A stretch of DNA of 32,000 nt, taken from the NCBI RefSeq assembly GCF_025699065.1, contig NZ_JAILWF010000001.1, forward strand, positions 55,626 to 87,625. Direction: 5' to 3'. The DNA is from Nitrosarchaeum sp. (GTDB taxonomy: Archaea; Thermoproteota; Nitrososphaeria; Nitrososphaerales; Nitrosopumilaceae). Below, one piece after another: positions 1-7,788 of this stretch (the stretch's first letter is position 1; the number at the start of each line of letters is the position of its first letter). The position numbers and the translations under genes are program-made. The notes under the pieces are model-generated. The model made no database searches, was not told the DNA's origin, and saw only the letters and a program-made list of their open reading frames with translations.

Positions 1-2
1 GC

Positions 3-281
3 AACGTATCACTTGAAAAGATACCTGGCCCAAAACTTGAAGTTGACAGAGTATTGTTTTCTGAAACTCATTCAAGATATCTCCTAGTTGTAGACAAGAA
101 AAATCTCAAAAAACTAGATGATATTCTCAAAAAAAGCAAAGTATCTTACAAAATGATTGGAACATTTGGCGGTGAAAACATCAAACTAAACAAAGCAAAC
201 AAACCGATCATAGATCTAAGAGTTGATAAGGCTCAAAAAACTTGGTTTAATTCGTTAAGGGAGTTGGTAGTTCATGGTTAA
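3..281 (+). CDS. purL: C-terminal end of phosphoribosylformylglycinamidine synthase II (PurL), 5'-truncated by the window edge
   Basis: The frame is open from the window edge; the track's M at 54 is an internal TTG. The tail ...VLFSETHSRYLLVV... looks like a PurL C-terminal domain. The stop overlaps the purF start by 8 nt, in a purine-operon context. Confidence 0.55.
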   Translation, partial: NVSLEKIPGPKLEVDRVLFSETHSRYLLVVDKKNLKKLDDILKKSKVSYKMIGTFGGENIKLNKANKPIIDLRVDKAQKTWFNSLRELVVHG

Positions 282-1707
282 GGAGAATTGTGGCGTAGTT
301 GGAATTTTTAGTCTTAGTGGAACTAATGTTGTTCCGATGGCAATTGATGCACTAAGGGCTTTACAGCATAGAGGTCAAGAGGCTTGGGGTATCGCAATTC
401 CAAACAAAGAACCGCTAAAAAGATTGGGGCTTGTTTCTGGAGCATCTTCAGAGTTTAAAAAAATCTGCGAGGAATATGCTTCTCCTGCAGTTATTGGTCA
501 TGTGCGTTATTCTACAATGGGACGAAGTACTCTTGAAAATGCACAACCACTCAAAGTAAAGGATCTATGCATAGCTCATAATGGAACAATTGCAAATGTA
601 CAAGAACTATCAAATTTGGTAGGCGGCTGTTCATTTACTCCACAAAATGCCAGTGATACTTTGGTTGCAGCACAAAGACTAGTATCATTAATTTCTGAGA
701 ATGGCCAGATGGGAAAAGCATTATCGATTCTAAAAAATGAGATGGTTGGCTCTTATTGTTTTACATTTATCTCTGATGATAATTCAGTATTTGCAGCAAG
801 GGATCCTAAAGGATTCAGACCAATGGTTTTGGGGTACAAAGAATCAGATGACACATACATTGTAGCATCTGAATCATCTGCGGTTTCTGCAGTTGGTGCA
901 AAAATGCAACGCGATGTAATTCCAGGTGAGCTTATCAAACTTAGCAAAAACGGATTAGAGACTGAGAGGTTCTCAGAAGACACGTCAAGGGCTCACTGCT
1001 CTTTTGAATTTACATATTTTGCACATCCCTCAAGTAACATGGAAGGTGCAAACATCTACATATCTAGAAAAAATATTGGACGATTTTTGGCAAAGAAATT
1101 TCCAATAAGAGATGCAGACCTTGTAATCCCAGTTCCAGATTCTGCACGACCTGCAGCTTTGGGATATGCTCAAGAGTTGGGAATTACTTTTGATGAAGGA
1201 TTACTCAAAGACAGATACAGCAAGAAAGGACCACTTCGTAGTTTTATTGAACCACACCAAAGCGATAGAATTGAAATTAACAGATGGATTATTCCAATTA
1301 AAGAAATCATTGCAGGAAAACATGTAGTAGTAATCGATGATAGTCTAGTCCGGGGAACTAGCTCAAAGGCAATTATTCAAGCACTAAGACGAGCTGGTGC
1401 AAAAAAAATCAGTATGGTGATTACATACCCTCCAATCAAATTTCCATGTTATGCTGGAATTGACTTTCCCTCTCAAGATGAGTTGGCTACATTTTCTGAC
1501 GGAAAGGAGATGGATGATGTTGAATTGACTGAAATGGTGCGAAAAAGTATCGGTGCTGACTTTTTGGGGTATAATGATGCTGAAAATTTAGCAGCGGCAG
1601 TTGGAATCCCTAAAGATTCAATGTGTTTTACATGCTCGTCTGGAAACTATGACTCGCTAGGAATTACGCCAGAGTTTAAAACACGTCTTGAGATGAAGGG
1701 TGAATAA
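274..1707 (+). CDS. purF: Amidophosphoribosyltransferase (glutamine PRPP amidotransferase)
   Basis: N-terminal nucleophile motif MVKENCGVVGIF. PRPP-binding loop VVVIDDSLVRGTSS. C-terminal Cys residues (CYAGIDFP, CFTCSSGNY) typical of the Fe-S type PurF. 477 aa. Confidence 0.95.
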   Translation: MVKENCGVVGIFSLSGTNVVPMAIDALRALQHRGQEAWGIAIPNKEPLKRLGLVSGASSEFKKICEEYASPAVIGHVRYSTMGRSTLENAQPLKVKDLCIAHNGTIANVQELSNLVGGCSFTPQNASDTLVAAQRLVSLISENGQMGKALSILKNEMVGSYCFTFISDDNSVFAARDPKGFRPMVLGYKESDDTYIVASESSAVSAVGAKMQRDVIPGELIKLSKNGLETERFSEDTSRAHCSFEFTYFAHPSSNMEGANIYISRKNIGRFLAKKFPIRDADLVIPVPDSARPAALGYAQELGITFDEGLLKDRYSKKGPLRSFIEPHQSDRIEINRWIIPIKEIIAGKHVVVIDDSLVRGTSSKAIIQALRRAGAKKISMVITYPPIKFPCYAGIDFPSQDELATFSDGKEMDDVELTEMVRKSIGADFLGYNDAENLAAAVGIPKDSMCFTCSSGNYDSLGITPEFKTRLEMKGE

Positions 1708-1954
1708 GTTGGAAACCGCATATGTTCTAGTAAAAAGTCAGGTAGCCCATGAGATGGACGTAATGGGTGAGTTGCTAAAAATTGATAATGTAAAAGAGGC
1801 AAGAGGAACATTTGGTGTTTATGATATTTTTGTCAAAGTAGAGGCAAAGACATCAAAAGAACTAGAAGACACAATTACAAAAAATATTAGAAAAGTAAAA
1901 CACGTAATTTCTACTACTACTTTGTCAGTAATCCCAGAACAAGACAAAAAATAA
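1700..1954 (+). CDS. Stand-alone Lrp/AsnC-type ligand-binding (RAM) domain protein with no HTH
   Basis: 84 aa. The pattern AYVLVK...GELLKIDNVKEARGTFGVYDIFVKVEAKTSKELEDTITKNIRKVKHVISTTTLSVI matches the AsnC_trans_reg/RAM fold. GTG start overlaps the purF stop by 8 nt. Confidence 0.7.
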   Translation: MNKLETAYVLVKSQVAHEMDVMGELLKIDNVKEARGTFGVYDIFVKVEAKTSKELEDTITKNIRKVKHVISTTTLSVIPEQDKK

Positions 1955-1996
1955 TTTTGGTCTTTCTTTAAATATTGTTTTTAATGAAATTATATC

Positions 1997-2275
1997 ATGA
2001 AAGCAATATGGAATAATGTTGTAATTGCTGAAAGTGATGATACTGTAATAGTTGAGGGAAATCACTATTTTCCATCAAGTTCGATAAAATCAGAATATTT
2101 CAAAAAAACAGAATTGACTACTTTTTGTGGATGGAAAGGAATGGCAAATTATTACTCTGTAACAATCAATGGAAAAACTAACAAAGACTGTGCATGGTAT
2201 TATGAAAATCCAAATGACGCTGCCAAAAAGATCAAAGGAATGGTAGCATTTTGGAACGGTGTTGAGATAAAATAA
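1997..2275 (+). CDS. DUF427 domain protein
   Basis: 92 aa. WNNVVIAESDDTVIVEGNHYFP...CGWKGMANYYSV...CAWYYENP...VAFW is the characteristic DUF427 pattern. Confidence 0.7.
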   Translation: MKAIWNNVVIAESDDTVIVEGNHYFPSSSIKSEYFKKTELTTFCGWKGMANYYSVTINGKTNKDCAWYYENPNDAAKKIKGMVAFWNGVEIK

Positions 2276-2306
2276 TCTTAATTATTAGAAAACCAATACA
2301 TCTTCA

Positions 2307-2693
2307 GTGAAATCATACACTGTTTTGATTGCCATAATTGGCGGCTCGATTGGAATCATGGCAATAATTTTTGGATTAGATATTGGAAAACTGTCAATAT
2401 CAACGCAAGAGTATAGTCTCTATGTGGATCCAATTATTGACAAACAAAGTCTCTTTGTAACTGGCAGAATAACTATTCAAAATACTGGCTCAAAACAACT
2501 AACTAACCTTCATGTGAATTTTGGAGATGGTGATACACTTGATATCAAATCTCTCAAACCTGGCGAAAAGATCATACTTTCTCCTCCGTCTGATAACTCG
2601 ATGCAGTTTGTAATGATAAACGCAGATAATGACATTTTTGTAAGCAAGGCGTATAGAGAACTACCAAAAATGGTAGGTATGATGGGCTCTTAA
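2307..2693 (+). CDS. Hypothetical membrane-anchored protein
   Basis: 128-aa ORF with a GTG start. It has an N-terminal TM helix (VLIAIIGGSIGIMAIIFGL) followed by a beta-rich soluble part. No recognised family. Confidence 0.5.
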   Translation: MKSYTVLIAIIGGSIGIMAIIFGLDIGKLSISTQEYSLYVDPIIDKQSLFVTGRITIQNTGSKQLTNLHVNFGDGDTLDIKSLKPGEKIILSPPSDNSMQFVMINADNDIFVSKAYRELPKMVGMMGS

Positions 2694-2731
2694 TTCAGAG
2701 CAGTTAAATCCAATCGAAATATAGTCTGGCT

Positions 2732-3556
2732 GTGAAATTTCTGACATCTGGAAAGGTAAAGGATCTGTATGATGTCGATGAAAGCACCCTTCTCTTCAAG
2801 TTCTCAGATAGGGTTTCAGCATATGATGTAAAGTTTAAAGAAAATATTCCTAAAAAGGGTGAGGTTTTATGCAAATTTGCAGAATTTTGGTTTAATGCAC
2901 TTCCTGTTTCTAATCATTTTATAAAAAAACAATCAGACACTGAGATTCTTGTAAAAAAAATGACGATGCTTCCAATAGAGTGTGTTGTTCGAGGCTATTT
3001 TTATGGCAGTCTGATAAACAGATGGAAAAAAGGCGAGGTGAAATTACCTAATGGCACTGATACTACACTTGCTGCTAAACTCTTGGAGCCTATTTTTGAT
3101 CCTACCACAAAATCAGAACATGATATTCCAATTGATAAGCAAAAAGCATTGCAAATGAATCTAGTAAATGAAGAACAATACTCTTGGCTTGAAAAAACAT
3201 CAATTGAGATTTACAAAAAAATGTCTGAGATAGCAGACAAGTCTGGATTTATTTTGGCTGATCTAAAACTAGAGTTTGGAATTTTGGATGGAAAAATAAC
3301 ATTGGGTGATTCTATTGGTCCTGATGAATACCGTTTATGGCCAAAGGAGACATACCATGTTGGTAAAACCCAAGAATCATTTGACAAGCAGATACTGCGA
3401 GACTGGTTAACTGAAAATGGATACCAAAAACAATTCGACAATGCAAGAGATGCAGGTAAAGAACCAACGCCTCCTACAATACCAATTGAGATTATTCAAA
3501 AGATGACAAACAGATACGTCATGGCATATGAAAAATTAACTGGCCATTCTCTATAA
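2732..3556 (+). CDS. purC: Phosphoribosylaminoimidazole-succinocarboxamide (SAICAR) synthase
   Basis: 274 aa. Motifs [16 protein letters not shown] and LADLKLEFG are typical of PurC. GTG start. Confidence 0.9.
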   Translation: MKFLTSGKVKDLYDVDESTLLFKFSDRVSAYDVKFKENIPKKGEVLCKFAEFWFNALPVSNHFIKKQSDTEILVKKMTMLPIECVVRGYFYGSLINRWKKGEVKLPNGTDTTLAAKLLEPIFDPTTKSEHDIPIDKQKALQMNLVNEEQYSWLEKTSIEIYKKMSEIADKSGFILADLKLEFGILDGKITLGDSIGPDEYRLWPKETYHVGKTQESFDKQILRDWLTENGYQKQFDNARDAGKEPTPPTIPIEIIQKMTNRYVMAYEKLTGHSL

Positions 3557-3565
3557 CACAAATAA

Positions 3566-3572
3566 TTTTTTT
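3566..3572 (+). terminator. Oligo-T tract downstream of purC (archaeal-type terminator candidate)
   Basis: A T7 run sits 10 nt after the purC stop. Archaeal termination commonly uses oligo-T tracts. Confidence 0.3.
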
Positions 3573-3737
3573 ATTGTGACTGGATATTGATTATGTCCTA
3601 ACTCCCAACTCGAATTCACTACTTGATTGATTTTACAGATATTCATTTTTGTCATATCTCTACATGTTTCTGACATATCTTTTTCAAATTTTTTATTTTT
3701 GCTATTTTTTTAAAATATTTGTAGTGGTGTTATAATT

Positions 3738-3753
3738 ATGATACCGATATCAT
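3738..3753. promoter_or_regulatory. 6-4-6 inverted repeat ATGATAccgaTATCAT (candidate operator)
   Basis: Read directly from the sequence. It shares the RTGATA half-site with the repeat at 3850-3865. It lies in the 387-bp leader of the ArsR-type gene. Confidence 0.2.
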
Positions 3754-3849
3754 CTAGATAGTAGTGGTAATGATAAATGTTGTAGTGCTAACAATATTTT
3801 TGTATATGCTACAGTAAATCTGATAGCGGTCATTGTCTTATGGTAGGAG

Positions 3850-3865
3850 TATCACTATTGTGATA
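3850..3865. promoter_or_regulatory. 6-4-6 inverted repeat TATCACtattGTGATA (candidate operator)
   Basis: Perfect inverted repeat about 80-95 nt upstream of the ArsR-type gene start. Confidence 0.25.
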
Positions 3866-3913
3866 ACAAAAAAAAATTGATGCGATTAGACAAAAAAATA
3901 TGATACGTGGATC

Positions 3914-3920
3914 TTTTAGA
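3914..3920 (+). promoter_or_regulatory. TATA-like box (TTTTAGA) for the ArsR-type gene
   Basis: Centred about 27 nt upstream of the ATG at 3944, which fits a leaderless archaeal transcript. Confidence 0.3.
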
Positions 3921-3943
3921 TCAAAGTATTAGGAGTAAACAGC

Positions 3944-4462
3944 ATGTCTACACTACTAGAGAAGGAAATCAAAGTAAATCGAATTCTTACAACAAGCGTC
4001 CAACACGCACGTGCAATTGAAGACCCTGCACGCTCGAAAATCATTGAAATTCTGTACCATCGTGCATTATCTGCAGACCAGATTTCAAGTGAGCTAAAAA
4101 AGACAGGATACAAAAAAGCCCTGACAACTGTTCGTCATCATCTTGATATTCTAAAAGAAGCCGGATTAATTGAAATTGCCAAGATTGAGGAATCACGTGG
4201 TGCTATCACAAAATTTTACAGCACTTCTACAAAATTATTGGGATATGCAGCCCCTGATGATTTTGATTCAAAATATTCAAAGGTTATTGACAACACATCT
4301 GTTAAGATTGAAAAAATTCTCAGATCTATTACTCCAAAGACCGCAAAAACAAAAAAAGCCAAGGGTGGAAATTCTGCTGACTATTCACAGTACCTGGTAA
4401 TGGAAATCATGAATCGTGCGATGACTAACATCATGGAGAATTCTAGCAAGGATCATGAATAG
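3944..4462 (+). CDS. ArsR/SmtB-family winged-helix transcriptional regulator with a C-terminal extension
   Basis: 172 aa. ARAIEDPARSKIIEILYHRALSADQISSELKK...LTTVRHHLDILKEAGLIE is a classic ArsR-type HTH. Confidence 0.8.
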   Translation: MSTLLEKEIKVNRILTTSVQHARAIEDPARSKIIEILYHRALSADQISSELKKTGYKKALTTVRHHLDILKEAGLIEIAKIEESRGAITKFYSTSTKLLGYAAPDDFDSKYSKVIDNTSVKIEKILRSITPKTAKTKKAKGGNSADYSQYLVMEIMNRAMTNIMENSSKDHE

Positions 4463-4548
4463 TACAATGACTTTCCAACTATTTGCGGTAATTTGAAGAG
4501 TCGATCAAAAAACTATGATAAGGATCAACATAAATCAGTGAAATTGAG

Positions 4549-4962
4549 ATGAAATTGGAAGAAAAAGTTGTAAAATTATTTCAGCAAAAAAATATCGTGT
4601 TTATTGCAACTTTGATGAAAGATGGTTCCCCTCAACTCTCCCCTGTGTGGGCTAACTGCGATTCTGATTATGTTTATGTTAATACTGCTGAGGGAAGAGT
4701 AAAACACAAAAATGTTTTGCGTGATCCTCGAGTTGCAGTATCTGTTGTAGGAAGTAACAATCCACTTGACATGACAACAATTCGCGGAAAAGTTGAAAAA
4801 ATAATTCCTGATTATGATTATGTACATGCAGACAAATTAACTCAGCAATACATGGGGAAAACTCACTATCCATTCAAAAGAGAAGATGAAAAAAGAATTA
4901 TTCTTAAAATAAAACCAGAACGTGTTTTTGTCTTGCCTGAATTAAAAATGAATGACGAGTAA
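4549..4962 (+). CDS. Pyridoxamine 5'-phosphate oxidase-like (PPOX-class) flavin/F420-binding protein
   Basis: 137 aa. ATLMKDGSPQLSPVW...YVNTAEGRVKHKNVLRDPRVAVSV matches the PNPOx-like split-barrel family pattern. Confidence 0.7.
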   Translation: MKLEEKVVKLFQQKNIVFIATLMKDGSPQLSPVWANCDSDYVYVNTAEGRVKHKNVLRDPRVAVSVVGSNNPLDMTTIRGKVEKIIPDYDYVHADKLTQQYMGKTHYPFKREDEKRIILKIKPERVFVLPELKMNDE

Positions 4963-4973
4963 CAAATTATATA

Positions 4974-4995
4974 TTTCTAAATTCGAATTTAGAAA
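4974..4995. repeat. Palindromic element copy 1 (TTTCTAAATTCGAATTTAGAAA)
   Basis: Perfect 22-bp palindrome. It sits between the convergent 3' ends of the PPOX-like gene (+) and the basic protein gene (-). Confidence 0.9.
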
Positions 4996-5044
4996 CATTT
5001 TGTTTTGACATCAAAATAAAATGGAAAAAAGGTAAGAAAGCAGA

Positions 5045-5356
5045 CTATCGTCTTCGTTTAGCTGCTTTTCTTTTTGGAGCTGCTCTTCGTTTAGCTGCTT
5101 TTCTTTTTGGAGCTTTACGTCTTGAAGCTGCCTTTCTACGTGGAGCTGCTTTTCTTTTTGGAGCTGCTCTCTTAGCGGCAGTTCTTCTTTTTGGAGCTGC
5201 TCTCTTACGAGATGCGGCTGCTCTTTTGGCAGCTCTGCTTCGTTTTCTTCTTGCTGCCATTTTTGCGACTTCAGCTGCTTTTTTAGCGGCATTTCTTTTT
5301 CTTGTTCGTGCTGCTTTTTTAGCTGCTTCTGCTCTTTTGGCTTTGGATGTGGCCAT
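5045..5356 (-). CDS. Extremely basic Ala/Lys/Arg repeat protein (histone H1 / Hc1 / AlgP-like low-complexity protein)
   Basis: 103 aa, of which I count 36 A, 23 K and 26 R, with only 2 acidic residues. ATG start with a TATA-like element (5381-5388) about 29 nt upstream. It has 11-aa PKRKAAKRRAA-type repeats encoded by a perfect 30-nt direct repeat with a 33-nt period (5052-5081 and 5085-5114). Confidence 0.6.
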   Translation of the reverse strand: MATSKAKRAEAAKKAARTRKRNAAKKAAEVAKMAARRKRSRAAKRAAASRKRAAPKRRTAAKRAAPKRKAAPRRKAASRRKAPKRKAAKRRAAPKRKAAKRRR

Positions 5357-5380
5357 GACTAGATTCTTTTTTCATAGATG

Positions 5381-5388
5381 TTATATGG
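5381..5388 (-). promoter_or_regulatory. TATA-like box for the basic protein gene
   Basis: The minus strand reads TTTAACCATATAA, centred about 29 nt upstream of the ATG at 5356. Confidence 0.3.
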
Positions 5389-5446
5389 TTAAAGTCACAC
5401 ATTATTACCTCAGTGCTAGTAAAATTTGACAATATTTTTTTTGCGA

Positions 5447-5932
5447 TCAGCAATTAGTGATGCAAATCACAGCTGTATCTGTTGTTGATTGTATTTTTGT
5501 TGGACGAATTGTTATGCTGTATTGGTTTTGTTCATCATATGGAATGTCAAATTGTGTAGTGAACATTACCGGTTTGTTTGGCTCTAATATGTGATCTAGC
5601 AGATCATCTGCAGAAAACTTTCCATATACTGCTCGGTGATTTTGTTGTTTTTCATCAACAATGTAAAATTGACCTCCTGAAATTCGTGTGTCTTCATTGC
5701 TAATGTTTTTTGCAATAATTTTGATCTTCACAAATGTATTTTCAGGTATTCTTTCCTTGTTTCCTTCATGTGTTCCATCAAAAGTTACAATATATTCGAC
5801 AGGTCCTACTGTCACTGCTTCACCTGATTTTCCAATGATGAAATTGGTCTGATATTGAGTATACATGTACATGGCAGCTCCCATCGAAATTATAATTCCC
5901 ACAATCACGATAATGATGCCAATTCGGGCCAT
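5447..5932 (-). CDS. Membrane-anchored extracytoplasmic protein, DUF4352-like Ig-fold domain
   Basis: 161 aa. N-terminal TM helix (IGIIIVIVGIIISMGAAMYMY), then FVKIKIIAKNISNEDTRISGGQFYIVDEKQQNH, which resembles the DUF4352 pattern. Confidence 0.55.
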   Translation of the reverse strand: MARIGIIIVIVGIIISMGAAMYMYTQYQTNFIIGKSGEAVTVGPVEYIVTFDGTHEGNKERIPENTFVKIKIIAKNISNEDTRISGGQFYIVDEKQQNHRAVYGKFSADDLLDHILEPNKPVMFTTQFDIPYDEQNQYSITIRPTKIQSTTDTAVICITNC

Positions 5933-6067
5933 TATGTAATCTATAAAAATTTAGTATATAGTTGCAGCGTAAAATGTCGAAAATACCCCCCCTAATTAGA
6001 TCAAGATTGGCATATTCTCTGGAATTTACCACATGAATTAAAAATATGCTAGAATGGAGTGGATATT

Positions 6068-6169
6068 ATGGGAAGGTTCAAGCCCCTTGAAAAGAAGGAC
6101 TATGTGAAAATTGCAGTAATTTTTGGAATAATTGCAGTCCCGTTAATTTTTGCTGTATCGATTCAATGA
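6068..6169 (+). CDS. Candidate 33-aa single-pass membrane micro-protein
   Basis: ATG ORF MGRFKPLEKKDYVKIAVIFGIIAVPLIFAVSIQ, a basic N-terminus plus one hydrophobic helix. It is below the track's length cut-off and has no homology support. Confidence 0.3.
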   Translation: MGRFKPLEKKDYVKIAVIFGIIAVPLIFAVSIQ

Positions 6170-6316
6170 TTGAGTGTTTTTATCGATTACATACACATGA
6201 TTATTTGTCATTTTATGATAGGTATAATGATCAAGACCTTGGGATTTTTTTGTTCTCATTTCTGAGGAATTGGTCCTTTTTTCAACCATTTTTTTCTGTT
6301 TTTAGCATGAATTTTT

Positions 6317-6493
6317 GGGGGTTTAGCTTTTACGCACGACAATAAAAGATGGCACATGTTTAGGTGGGACATCTAGGTGGTTTTGTGGTTGCTTTTCTCC
6401 GCTAGGCACAAGTGTTAACCCCCCCATTAAAACGACCATTTTTGATAAAATCACGTTATGACTAAACATACTATTTTTCAAGGGGGGTTTAAC
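6317..6493. other. Candidate structured RNA / alternative-helix element (strand unknown)
   Basis: A locally GC-richer island in a 670-bp gap. GTTAAC-C7 (6414-6425) can pair with G6-TTTAAC (6482-6493; 11 bp with one bulged T). Alternatively it can pair with G5-TT (6317-6323; 7 bp). Confidence 0.2.
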
Positions 6494-6606
6494 GCGTAGG
6501 CGTAATTTTGATAAATTCAAGAATTTGTGTAATTTTTTAATTTTGTAGTCTAAATGAGATTATTTGTCTAAAAATCATCTATTTGACATCTTGAAAGATG
6601 ATTCGA

Positions 6607-7059
6607 CTAGAAAGTTTTCATCAAAAATCTAGATGTTTTTTCATGCAATTCTGATACTCTACTTAGTGCATCTAAGACAGTTTGCTGGTTTATGTTATCT
6701 TTGTCATCTAATACGACAAATACCCCTACCTTTTGCTTACCATCTTCAGTAACAATTCGATTAATTGCTTGTATCGAGTTACAATATTCTGCAACTCTTC
6801 TCTCAAATTTTTCTTTCTCATCTTCTGTAAATCCCAAGTATCTTGAAATTTGATTATCTTTCATTATCACTTTTGCACCTACAACGATTATCCCTGGTTG
6901 AGATTTTGGTTCAAAAATTTCCGCGGGAATTCCGTATTTTCCTGCATGCTTTACTAGGATTTGAAATGTGTTTTCGGTATTTTTCATATCCTCAAATGAT
7001 AGCCCTTCATGAATTAACCATCTTTCCACATTATCTCGCATTCTTGAGGTGCCCATCAT
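6607..7059 (-). CDS. Conserved archaeal hypothetical protein, possibly DUF2299 / YbjN-like fold
   Basis: 150-aa ORF with an ATG-ATG start. The pattern VERWLIHEGLSFEDMKN...FQILVKH...GIIVVGAKV... recalls DUF2299. The family call is from memory only. Confidence 0.5.
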   Translation of the reverse strand: MMGTSRMRDNVERWLIHEGLSFEDMKNTENTFQILVKHAGKYGIPAEIFEPKSQPGIIVVGAKVIMKDNQISRYLGFTEDEKEKFERRVAEYCNSIQAINRIVTEDGKQKVGVFVVLDDKDNINQQTVLDALSRVSELHEKTSRFLMKTF

Positions 7060-7122
7060 TTCATATCTCCGACTAGTTCTATATGATTCTAAATTCTAAT
7101 ATCTGCCTGTCTGAATTTACAA

Positions 7123-7148
7123 TATTTCTAAATTCGAATTTAGAAATA
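7123..7148. repeat. Palindromic element copy 2 (core TTTCTAAATTCGAATTTAGAAA, perfect over 26 bp)
   Basis: Core at 7125-7146, with arms extended by TA/TA. An extra left half-arm TTCTAAATTC lies at 7087-7096. Confidence 0.9.
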
Positions 7149-7193
7149 ATCAAAATCTATGCCTGTTTGCAATGGATATTCTACGCATATTTT

Positions 7194-7418
7194 TTAGATA
7201 TTGGCATTAAAAGATGGCGTAAACTCTGGCATCTGTGCAATGATTATGATGTTGAGAATTAATCCAACAATTCCTAAAATTATCCCCAAATACAAGCAAT
7301 TTTTTGCTTTTCTAGGATCATCGCGTCGCAAAATAAAATATGCAATTAATCCGCCAATCCATCCTAAGAATACCGGTAAAGCATACCATCCGTTGCTTCT
7401 AGGTTTTACATTTTCCAT
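7194..7418 (-). CDS. Small two-TM membrane protein
   Basis: 74 aa. Two hydrophobic helices (WYALPVFLGWIGGLIAYFIL, LYLGIILGIVGLILNIIIIA) are separated by a basic loop RRDDPRKAK. Confidence 0.6.
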   Translation of the reverse strand: MENVKPRSNGWYALPVFLGWIGGLIAYFILRRDDPRKAKNCLYLGIILGIVGLILNIIIIAQMPEFTPSFNANI

Positions 7419-7462
7419 TTTGTTTTCAACCTTGTAAATCTGCTAATAAAATTCCTTCATTT

Positions 7463-7702
7463 TCAACCAGTTTTTTTCTGGATTTGAGTTATCTCTATCT
7501 CAACTGTCTCAAGAGGATCGTCTACCTGGTTTCGTCTAATTGAGAACATTTTTGGTTTTTCAAAATCCTCGGTACAATCAGGACATGCATATACTAGTAC
7601 TCTGTGTTCATTTGGCGCTTTTGGGTTAGATAATCTTGGATAATACACCAGTCTGGCCCCACAGTCAACACAATATCTGTTGGCCCTTCTAGTTCTGACC
7701 AA
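7463..7702 (-). CDS. Small zinc-ribbon protein (CxxC...CxxC)
   Basis: 79 aa with a TTG start. It carries CVDC and CPDC pairs 25 residues apart. No family recognised. Confidence 0.55.
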   Translation of the reverse strand: MVRTRRANRYCVDCGARLVYYPRLSNPKAPNEHRVLVYACPDCTEDFEKPKMFSIRRNQVDDPLETVEIEITQIQKKTG

Positions 7703-7788
7703 TGTAATCCTCCTGCATTATACTAGATATGCGATCATCTATTAGATCTAACCTGTCTAATAGAGTAAACCAAATAGTGTCAATCGAT

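Noticed and set aside
3916-4400. ORFs at 3916-4113 (-) and 4170-4400 (+, alternative frame) overlapping the ArsR-type gene
   Set aside because: The ArsR frame has a clear wHTH signature. The overlapping ORFs have no features and are shadow frames.
5011-5292. 93-aa Gln/Lys/Glu-rich ORF (minus strand, other frame) and the 67-aa plus-strand ORF at 5226-5429, both overlapping the basic-protein gene
   Set aside because: All three frames are held open by the same low-complexity tandem repeat. The AKR frame alone starts with an ATG at the 5' edge of the open region and has a TATA-like box at the right distance. The others are treated as shadow ORFs. Dual coding cannot be formally excluded without proteomics.
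6143-6289. 48-aa hydrophilic minus-strand ORF (MVEKRTNSSEMRTKK...) found by hand
   Set aside because: It has no motifs, it overlaps the plus-strand micro-ORF 3' end, and its composition is typical of random AT-rich sequence.
6323-6520. 65-aa minus-strand ORF in the 5.9-6.6 kb gap
   Set aside because: It has a TTG start, no recognisable motifs and an odd composition. It lies exactly over the G/C-run helix element, so the open frame is more likely incidental to an RNA or structural element.
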